The translations under genes were made by a program, and so were the position numbers. A stretch of 27,627 nucleotides of DNA, from IMG/VR virus record IMGVR_UViG_3300006879_000018, positions 1-27,627 of that record; one strand, given 5' to 3'. The notes under the pieces were generated by a model. That model did not search any database, was not told the DNA's origin, and saw nothing but the letters and a program-made list of their open reading frames with translations. This document shows, in pieces, positions 1-6,202 of this stretch. Within the stretch, counting starts at the first letter, position 1; each line of letters starts with the position of its first letter. This stretch comes from a virus (lineage: Duplodnaviria > Caudoviricetes).

Positions 1-277
1 CATGGTTCAACTACCTGAAAAAACTTATACAGTAAATAGCGATGGTAAGGAAGTACCAACAAAAGGTGGGAAGGCTGCCTATGAAGCAGGTTTTAAATCT
101 ATTGATGAAATTTCACGTGAACGAATTCGTCGTGCAGCAGCTAAAATTAAAGCTGATAATGATTTAACTTTACCTGAGAATTTTGATGGTAGCTTTAAAC
201 ATTATAGAGTTGTTAATCCAACTAAACAAACACTTGAATTAATAGATAAGGCAGGCGAAGATAATGAATCTAACTAA
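1..277 (+). CDS. 3' end of a type III R-M Mod-like DNA adenine methyltransferase, 5' part outside window, apparently C-terminally truncated
   Basis: MVQLPE...AGFKSIDEISRERIRRAAAKI...FDGSFKHYRV resembles the conserved post-motif-I region of Mod subunits; ends shortly after and overlaps the next phage gene. Confidence 0.75.
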   Translation, partial: MVQLPEKTYTVNSDGKEVPTKGGKAAYEAGFKSIDEISRERIRRAAAKIKADNDLTLPENFDGSFKHYRVVNPTKQTLELIDKAGEDNESN

Positions 278-857
278 AGCAGTAGTATTATTAGAAACTA
301 GATATAAACCAGTTAAAGAGTGGCCAGATGGAAAAACAGTTCCAAAAGATTTGCCAGAAGATGAAGAATTAAAAAAAGCCTGGGAAGTTATTATTGATAG
401 TCGTAAGCAAAAAACACCAAAAGAAATTCAAGCCAGAAAGACAAAGGATGTCTATAAAGATTTCTCAAAGCATAAAGAAGAAATGAAACAAGATATCCTA
501 GATGGTTATTCACTTAGAGAATTATCAAAAAAGTATGGCCCTACAGATATGATAAGGGGACTAAAGCGAATAAAGTTATATGATTTGTTCAAGAAAATGT
601 GTCCTTTAAAAATAGGCTGGTATGCATACAATGGTCAAAATACAACCTTTTTTAAGAACATAGAAGAAGCAAGAATATTTACAGACTCACCAAGTAGAGA
701 AGAGTTTTATCGAAAGTACCGTAAAAATGGTAAGAGTTTTGAAGGCTATGAATTTTATAGTTTTCAGGAGTTCAAGGAAATTAATCCTAACGTTCCCAAA
801 ATCGTTGATGAATATTTAAAGCATAATGGTGAAAAAGTAACCTTTTTAAATTTATAA
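264..857 (+). CDS. Hypothetical phage protein (197 aa)
   Basis: Long ORF overlapping the upstream stop, purine-rich RBS; no recognised family. Confidence 0.8.
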   Translation: MNLTKAVVLLETRYKPVKEWPDGKTVPKDLPEDEELKKAWEVIIDSRKQKTPKEIQARKTKDVYKDFSKHKEEMKQDILDGYSLRELSKKYGPTDMIRGLKRIKLYDLFKKMCPLKIGWYAYNGQNTTFFKNIEEARIFTDSPSREEFYRKYRKNGKSFEGYEFYSFQEFKEINPNVPKIVDEYLKHNGEKVTFLNL

Positions 858-889
858 TAGAATTAAAACAATAAGCGAGGTAAAAGAAT

Positions 890-1189
890 ATGGAATACAG
901 TAGAGAAGAAACAGAAGCATGGTTATATGGCGATGGTGAGTTACCAGAAAAGCCAGGTCAAAGCACAAGAGATGAAGAAATTAAAAGGTTTGTATTTGAT
1001 GATGTGATCCTAACCCTAGATAAAAAACTCAACCCAACTATCAGAAGCAAAGGGGACGTTAAAGTAAAGCTAGTATCATTCAACTATGAACAAAAGATAG
1101 TCAAAGGTAAAAAGGTAGCTATCTTAAGACTAGCTTATCAAAAAGGTAAAAACGTTATTAGAATCACTAAGGAAACTTGCGAGATATAA
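890..1189 (+). CDS. Hypothetical phage protein (99 aa)
   Basis: GAGGT RBS upstream, followed by terminator hairpins. Confidence 0.8.
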   Translation: MEYSREETEAWLYGDGELPEKPGQSTRDEEIKRFVFDDVILTLDKKLNPTIRSKGDVKVKLVSFNYEQKIVKGKKVAILRLAYQKGKNVIRITKETCEI

Positions 1190-1259
1190 AAAAGACCCCT
1201 AACAAAATTAGGAGCCAGGCGATATACCAAAATCAGTATCTTTAGTATATCGCTTTTTT
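1188..1259. terminator. Pair of intrinsic terminators (minus-strand hairpin 1188-1216; plus-strand hairpin 1218-1259)
   Basis: A6-gacccctaa..ttaggagcc and gcgatatac..gtatatcgc-T6. Confidence 0.6.
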
Positions 1260-1304
1260 GTAAAACACAATAGAATACACGTTTGTTTATTAAATGGTGC
1301 ATAT

Positions 1305-1313
1305 TGATATAAT
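1305..1313 (+). promoter_or_regulatory. Extended -10 promoter for the ArpU-family gene
   Basis: TGaTATAAT about 36 nt before the start codon; -35 poor. Confidence 0.55.
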
Positions 1314-1349
1314 AAAGATATTATAAAGTATTAGGAGTGAAAATGATAT

Positions 1350-1757
1350 ATGCAGATAGACAAGGTCAAAACCGCAAGCAACGTTAAAAATTTCTTGAAA
1401 TATGAATACGATACGTACGTACACATTGTTAGTGCGAACCCTGCTTATATACAATCTCCTAAGCTTGGCGATGTCGTTGTTAGTGGTGGAGCTAGTAATG
1501 GAATCTCAGAAAAATATGATAAGTATTTACATGCTAAAGAAATCGTGGAAGGTGTGCAGAATAGTTTGCGCGATGGATCGTTGGCGATGGAATTAACGGT
1601 CAGAAAAATAATTGAACACTATCCATTGTGGAAGATTACTAATCAAATTCATATCTCTAAATCACACTTTTATTATTTAGAGAAAAATTATCTATGCGAA
1701 TTCGCAGATATTTTTGAAATGTATCCAGGTTGTCCGGATCTACATATTTATAAATAA
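1350..1757 (+). CDS. ArpU-family phage transcriptional regulator (late activator)
   Basis: IDKVKTASNVKNFL...IQSP N-terminus, C-terminal sigma-r4-like HTH (ISKSHFY..EK..LCEFAD), position at the replication/packaging boundary. Confidence 0.88.
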   Translation: MQIDKVKTASNVKNFLKYEYDTYVHIVSANPAYIQSPKLGDVVVSGGASNGISEKYDKYLHAKEIVEGVQNSLRDGSLAMELTVRKIIEHYPLWKITNQIHISKSHFYYLEKNYLCEFADIFEMYPGCPDLHIYK

Positions 1758-1759
1758 CA

Positions 1760-1800
1760 TGTTGTTCAAAGATTTTAAAAAAAGCATATGCTATTATAAT
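1760..1800 (+). promoter_or_regulatory. Putative activator-dependent promoter: TGTTGTTCAAA box + 18 nt + TGcTATTAT
   Basis: Box at 1760-1770, extended -10 at 1789-1797, no -35; same architecture on the minus strand at 2143-2180. Confidence 0.6.
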
Positions 1801-1803
1801 GAC

Positions 1804-1922
1804 ATACAGTATCAAGGTTGATCGCTTTATAGATCTGAGTTAACAATTCCAATAAACTGTATAACAAATTTTCATAGAAGTTTTTTTAACATTAAAGTCT
1901 AGTTTTTATACTAGGCTTTTTT
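1804..1922 (+). ncRNA. Candidate small RNA (~120 nt)
   Basis: Lies between a promoter and a terminator, no credible ORF; atacagt (1804-1810) pairs with actgtat (1856-1862). Confidence 0.4.
1894..1922 (+). terminator. Intrinsic terminator
   Basis: aaagtctagt-ttttat-actaggcttt followed by a T run. Confidence 0.75.
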
Positions 1923-1934
1923 GTTTATGATAAT

Positions 1935-1969
1935 AAAAAAGCCCCCGCCCAAAATAACGGGCCGGGGGT
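1935..1969 (-). terminator. Strong intrinsic terminator (minus strand)
   Basis: Minus strand acccccggccc-gttatttt-gggcgggggc-T6. Confidence 0.75.
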
Positions 1970-2137
1970 CTCAAAACTGGAGGGGGGGGGTAAAAAATTA
2001 TCCCCCCAACTTCTAATCGGATGTTATATAATAGAATATAGGCTTATTCATAAATTAATCAATTAACAACCGGCGTAGCACAAAGGAGTATGTCTGATCG
2101 TAATTTCATTTCCCGCAAACTCTTAGGAGGATGCATG
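1935..2137 (-). ncRNA. Candidate small RNA (~200 nt) with anti-SD motifs
   Basis: Promoter at 2143-2180 and terminator at 1935-1969; contains CAUCCUCCUAA, CAUACUCCUUUG and a G/C-tract hairpin (1982-2007). Confidence 0.5.
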
Positions 2138-2142
2138 TTTTT

Positions 2143-2180
2143 ATTATAGCATGTCTATTCAAAATAGTATTTGAACAACA
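2143..2180 (-). promoter_or_regulatory. Putative activator-dependent promoter: TGTTGTTCAAA box + 18 nt + TGcTATAAT
   Basis: Box = reverse complement of 2170-2180; extended -10 = reverse complement of 2143-2151. Confidence 0.65.
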
Positions 2181-2402
2181 GCATGGTTAGAAAAATAAAA
2201 TCATCAAAATATGCTAGAGTTAATAATGAAAAAGGACTGAATTGAACGTTGATTTTAAGCGTTAATTAAGGCGATTATACAGGTTATTCAACGAACTCAT
2301 GCTTAGAATGCGCCTAAGAAGAGCCTTGATTTTATCTTTTTGGCCAAGAAAATAACAGTATCAAAGAAATATTTTTGATTAGATGGAATTAAGCTGATTT
2401 GT

Positions 2403-2426
2403 TGTTGATGAATCTGTTGATGAATC
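2403..2426. repeat. 12-bp tandem duplication tgttgatgaatc x2
   Basis: Exact copies at 2403-2414 and 2415-2426. Confidence 0.9.
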
Positions 2427-2536
2427 AAAAGAAAATGTTTAAAGCAAATAAAGAAACTTGATTACTATTTGCTGGAGAAAAATAGAAATGAGAATTTGTT
2501 GGGAGAAGTGAAACAAAAGCACTTGCATCTGATGTA

Positions 2537-2723
2537 TGCCACTATCCCAAAATAAAAAAAGATAGACAACTAAACTCAAACCAAGTTCAGCAATCTATCT
2601 TTTGACAGTGGTCACTGTGCCACTCCCCAATCTCAAACAATCTCTAGCAAGAAAGCTGGAAGAGCGAAACTCGAAAAAAATTTTTCGTCAACGCTCCACC
2701 ACCCCCCCAGTCTCAAACAATCT
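2537..2723. repeat. Three degenerate direct repeats with ~80-nt period
   Basis: tgccactatcccaa (2537), tgccactccccaatctcaaacaatct (2618), ccacccccccagtctcaaacaatct (2699). Confidence 0.7.
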
Positions 2724-2882
2724 TTTTCAAAGCCTGCAATAAGCTTGAACCTTGAAAAACTTTAGTTTGAAATTTAAAACTGTTTGACGTGATCCATAAA
2801 ATACATTAAATATTTTCTATCAAGGATCTAGGAAGGCTTTAAAATTTGTAATCAAGTATCTAAGTAAATTATAGATGCAAAA

Positions 2883-2939
2883 TACAACAGTTGTACCATG
2901 CTTTTTTTTGAGAAAATTTAAAAAGGTACAACCGTTGTA
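2883..2939. promoter_or_regulatory. Two palindromic operator-like sites TACAACnGTTGTA upstream of ORF 2989
   Basis: tacaacagttgta 2883-2895 and tacaaccgttgta 2927-2939. Confidence 0.65.
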
Positions 2940-2988
2940 AATGTAAAGTAAAATTAAATTATGATAGTTATATATAGGAGGTTATAAA

Positions 2989-3210
2989 ATGGCTGTATCA
3001 AAAGCACAAATAAAATCTAATAGGAAATACGAGCAACGGAACCCACAACAAACAGCATACATGCGAGCTAGAAGGAACGTTAAAGGATTCATAAAGCCGG
3101 GGGCTGGTACTAAATTAGAAAAATCTATTGAATGGCGCGGGGTTGATGATTATAAAGCGGATCTATTGGAACTAAAAGCCTTGATAGATGATAGATTGAA
3201 AGAATTGTAA
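2989..3210 (+). CDS. Small basic protein, putative DNA-binding regulator (73 aa)
   Basis: AGGAGG RBS; SKAQIKSNRKY...AY..AR...KGFI...DL.ELK.LIDDRL pattern typical of small Firmicute phage proteins; paralog of 5030..5227. Confidence 0.8.
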   Translation: MAVSKAQIKSNRKYEQRNPQQTAYMRARRNVKGFIKPGAGTKLEKSIEWRGVDDYKADLLELKALIDDRLKEL

Positions 3211-3242
3211 AAGTTACTATAATAGGTAACTTTTATTTTTTT
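3209..3242 (+). terminator. Intrinsic terminator
   Basis: aaaagttac-tataatag-gtaactttt plus T-rich tail. Confidence 0.6.
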
Positions 3243-3263
3243 GAACTTTTTTATAAAAAATAC

Positions 3264-3369
3264 TTGCATTTAAAACGTACGCGTTTTATAATAAGTATGT
3301 AATCAAGGGAAGGGCAAAACAAAAGCCCTTAAAAATTTACTTTTTATAAAACGTACGCGTTTTATAAAA
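3264..3369 (+). promoter_or_regulatory. Near-consensus sigma-A promoter with two palindromic operators
   Basis: TTGCAT (3264-3269)-17 nt-TATAAT (3287-3292); aaaacgtacgcgtttt lies in the spacer (3272-3287) and again within ttttataaaacgtacgcgttttataaaa (3342-3369) just before the RBS. Confidence 0.85.
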
Positions 3370-3385
3370 TTAGGAGGCTTTTAAA

Positions 3386-3751
3386 ATGATCAAATTGCAA
3401 AATCAAGTTTCTGTTATTGTTCCAAAGAAAACAAATGACGGAAGATCAACAAAATCAGTAATTAACAAAGTAAACAAACTTTTTTGTTTAAACTTTGGCG
3501 GAACTTCTATTTTAGAAGTTTCTGGATATTGGGTAAACAATGGAAAAGTTTACCATGATAACAATTTGAAAATTATTTCAAACGTTGAAAATATTGACGT
3601 TGAGACAATCGCGGAAGCTGCGAACATGGTTTTGATAGAATGCGAACAATTGGCCGTATCTGTTGAGATTAACGGCGCTTTGTACATATTCGATACAAGC
3701 GACAGCATCGCGGAAGAGTTGGAAGAAATAGTAATGGAAGTTGAAAAATAA
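3386..3751 (+). CDS. Hypothetical protein, candidate PII-like fold / SAM lyase-like (DUF3574-like)
   Basis: AGGAGG RBS; FGGTS...SGYWV..G....D and EQ.AV pattern; acidic tail. CDS secure, function inferred. Confidence 0.6.
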   Translation: MIKLQNQVSVIVPKKTNDGRSTKSVINKVNKLFCLNFGGTSILEVSGYWVNNGKVYHDNNLKIISNVENIDVETIAEAANMVLIECEQLAVSVEINGALYIFDTSDSIAEELEEIVMEVEK

Positions 3752-3764
3752 AGGGGTCTTTAAA

Positions 3765-4040
3765 ATGAATAAAAAGAAACTTGCTAGAAGATTCTTAGAA
3801 GATAATTTAGATATTGATTTGAATTATCTAGATGAGATAAAGAAACAACCTAAAAATAAAATTGAATTTATGGGCGGTGTAAAAGGTTGGTATTTATCAA
3901 CTAAATCAGATTATAAATTAATAAAAAACGCGATCGAATTCGCACAATATAAAAATAAATATAGTGATAGAAATTGGATCACTGTTAATAATTTATGGCG
4001 TGAAGTTGTAAAAGAAAAATTAATTTTAGGAGGTTATTAA
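3765..4040 (+). CDS. Hypothetical protein (91 aa)
   Basis: ATG at 3765 has an AAGGGG RBS, preferred over TTG at 3741. Confidence 0.8.
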   Translation: MNKKKLARRFLEDNLDIDLNYLDEIKKQPKNKIEFMGGVKGWYLSTKSDYKLIKNAIEFAQYKNKYSDRNWITVNNLWREVVKEKLILGGY

Positions 4041-4041
4041 A

Positions 4042-4491
4042 ATGATGAAATTAGGTGCGGTAGAAACTATTAAGGAAGTTGTAAAAGTTAAGCAGGAAGT
4101 TAAAACCTGGAAAAGGATGCAAATATATTCTAGTCAAGATCTAGGTAATATAATCAGTGAAAAAATTGGGAGTGATACACAAGAAAATTTTGTATTGATT
4201 GGGTTAAATACAAAATTACAAGTAAATATGTTAAGTATTGCGTTTGTTGGTGGTGTGAATACTGCACATGTTGAGATGCCGGCAATCTTTCAAAGATTGT
4301 TAATGTCTAATAGTTCTCAATTTATTATTGCACATAATCATCCAAGTGGTAATTTAACACCTTCTGAGGAAGATATACATTTAACTAGAAGGATTAAAAA
4401 AGCAGGTGCTTTAATGGGTATCAAGTTACTTGATCACATTATTGTCAATAATGAAACATATACAAGTTTCGCAGAAAGAGAAATTTTATAA
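4042..4491 (+). CDS. RadC-like JAB/MPN domain protein (stand-alone JAB domain)
   Basis: QENF..I.LNTK, HNHPSG...PS.ED..LT, G.LMGI.LLDHIIV motifs. Confidence 0.93.
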   Translation: MMKLGAVETIKEVVKVKQEVKTWKRMQIYSSQDLGNIISEKIGSDTQENFVLIGLNTKLQVNMLSIAFVGGVNTAHVEMPAIFQRLLMSNSSQFIIAHNHPSGNLTPSEEDIHLTRRIKKAGALMGIKLLDHIIVNNETYTSFAEREIL

Positions 4492-4505
4492 AAGGGGTTT
4501 TAAAA

Positions 4506-5132
4506 ATGATGAAACAAAAAGAATTACAAAAAATTTTCACACAAAAAATGAATGCTAACCAACGCCGGGCGGTTTTTTGTGGATTCTTTAGAATGGCGGC
4601 GGAAGGGTACCGCGATATTAAAGAAGTGGATGCGGAAAACGTCCGCCGGTTTGTAAATGGTAAAAGCGTTAATTTTTCAGATAATAGTAGGATCTTGCTA
4701 TATTTGGAAATTGTCGCGGTTAGATTAGATCTAATTAAATGGGTCAATTTAAGTGATAATTTAAATATTTATATTGATACTTTAAATAATCTATTAATTA
4801 ATATAGATTATAAAAATGCTGCGGGGTCTTTCTTAGAAGATATGATCATTGAAATAAAAGTAGCAAAAGAAACAAATTCTTTTAAAGAAAAAATAGAATA
4901 CGTTTCAGACTTTCAAGAAAATTTATTAAGTCTTGAAATTATGGAACTTTTAGAAGATTGTTATTATAACAGAGATTTATTAATAGATTTAATAATAAAG
5001 CAATACAAGCAGCAAGGGAGGCGGATTAAATGGGAAAGTATACAACATACACCACCGCGAACCCGGAACGGCAAAAATACACTAACGCGCGTAATGCTGC
5101 TAAAAGTTTCATACTTCCGAAAAGTGAACTAA
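4506..5132 (+). CDS. Hypothetical protein (208 aa; C-terminus possibly extended by a frameshift)
   Basis: AAGGGG RBS; overlaps the next gene by 103 nt. Confidence 0.75.
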   Translation: MMKQKELQKIFTQKMNANQRRAVFCGFFRMAAEGYRDIKEVDAENVRRFVNGKSVNFSDNSRILLYLEIVAVRLDLIKWVNLSDNLNIYIDTLNNLLINIDYKNAAGSFLEDMIIEIKVAKETNSFKEKIEYVSDFQENLLSLEIMELLEDCYYNRDLLIDLIIKQYKQQGRRIKWESIQHTPPRTRNGKNTLTRVMLLKVSYFRKVN

Positions 5133-5227
5133 TTAGAAGGCGAAACGAACGGCAAAACGATTATATAGAAAATCTAGAAACTTTAAAATTTATGATTGAT
5201 GATAGATTGATGACGTTAAAAGGTTAA
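5030..5227 (+). CDS. Small basic protein, paralog of 2989..3210, putative operon regulator
   Basis: GGAGG RBS; NPERQKY..AR.AAKSFI...DY...L..LK..IDDRL aligns with ORF 2989. Confidence 0.8.
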   Translation: MGKYTTYTTANPERQKYTNARNAAKSFILPKSELIRRRNERQNDYIENLETLKFMIDDRLMTLKG

Positions 5228-5257
5228 GGCTTTAACTAGCTTTAACCTTTTTATTTT
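5218..5257 (+). terminator. Intrinsic terminator closing the accessory operon
   Basis: aaaaggttaaggc-tttaacta-gctttaacctttt plus T tail. Confidence 0.75.
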
Positions 5258-5368
5258 GCTTTAATTTAATAAACTTTAGGAAGATTTAGGAAATAAAAAG
5301 AATAACATAAGACTTTATAAAACTATTAAAATGTTATTATAGTAAATAAGAAAACATATAATAAAGAT

Positions 5369-5397
5369 GCAACTAATTTATTTTAGTTGCTTTTTTT
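5369..5397 (+). terminator. Terminator-like hairpin directly upstream of HNH
   Basis: gcaactaa-tttatt-ttagttgc-T7. Confidence 0.6.
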
Positions 5398-5416
5398 AAT
5401 TCTAAGGGGTTTTAGT

Positions 5417-6202
5417 ATGGTTGTTACAAAATTGACTATGCAAGGCGGAAAGCCTTCTAAACAACCTTATAACAAGCGTGTGCGAACTGATAACGATCGC
5501 ACATATAACCAACGTCGCGCAATCACTAAAAAAGCTTATCTAGATTTTTATCACTCTAAAGAGTGGAAACAAACGCGCGCGGAAGTACTCGAACGCGATT
5601 TATATATATGCCAAATGTGTGGCGCTGCTGGTAATATAGTAGATCATATAATACCATCTTTGACAGACTGGAACAATCGAACTGATGCGGACAATTTAGA
5701 AACACTTTGCCGCCGGTGTCATGATTTGAAAACATGGAAAGAAAAACAGCATCAAAAAGGAAAGGTTAAAAGATACATGATTATTAATATCGTTGTTGGT
5801 TTACCTTCTGAAGATAAACTTAATTATATAAATAAACATAAAACAAATAATGATTTGATATTAGATTTTGATAACTTGATGCATGCATTAACTGGATTAG
5901 ATTTATACAAACACAACAAAGATACAACGTATTATATAGACTTGTTTATGTCTCAAGTTGTAAGGCTGCTTAAAGATGATACTAATTATAATAATGTTTG
6001 GATAACTCGCACATATCCAGACAATAATATTATTAATCTATTATCTAATTATCATGATATTAATAAGATCTTTATTGATACTTTAGAAGAAAAAAGTAAA
6101 ATATTTTGCAAAAAAAATAATTTTGATTTTTATAAAATAAAAAATAAATTAAATTCATACGATTTGACCGGCTGGAAACACCTAAAAGCCCCCCAACAAT
6201 AA
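5417..6202 (+). CDS. Phage packaging HNH endonuclease with C-terminal degenerate P-loop-like domain
   Basis: FYHSKEWKQTR...RD.Y.CQMCG...VDHIIP...NLETLCRRCH; ATG 5417 has an AAGGGG RBS; adjacent to terS. Confidence 0.9.
   Translation: MVVTKLTMQGGKPSKQPYNKRVRTDNDRTYNQRRAITKKAYLDFYHSKEWKQTRAEVLERDLYICQMCGAAGNIVDHIIPSLTDWNNRTDADNLETLCRRCHDLKTWKEKQHQKGKVKRYMIINIVVGLPSEDKLNYINKHKTNNDLILDFDNLMHALTGLDLYKHNKDTTYYIDLFMSQVVRLLKDDTNYNNVWITRTYPDNNIINLLSNYHDINKIFIDTLEEKSKIFCKKNNFDFYKIKNKLNSYDLTGWKHLKAPQQ

Noticed and set aside
1402-1596. Alternate-frame ORF inside arpU (likewise 9004-9228, 16449-16685, 20704-20919, 26987-27175, 27218-27409)
   Set aside because: Fully nested in well-supported genes, with no RBS or recognisable motifs
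1804-1862. tRNA-like element suggested by a 7-bp closing stem
   Set aside because: Too short, with no T-arm GTTC motif, D-arm or CCA
2090-2149. Plus-strand 19-aa ORF after AAAGGAG; type I toxin-antitoxin idea
   Set aside because: SD abuts the ATG, the peptide is not a TM helix, and the two predicted convergent RNAs do not overlap
2537-2723. CRISPR array interpretation of the 80-nt periodic repeats
   Set aside because: Only three degenerate units with a 13-bp exact core in two of them, no cas genes, and structured intervening segments; kept only as an unexplained repeat
5387-5416. Track starts for HNH (5387), and also 3741, 9889, 12104, 13126, 25786, 26485
   Set aside because: Downstream starts have proper RBSs; 5387 lies inside a terminator hairpin
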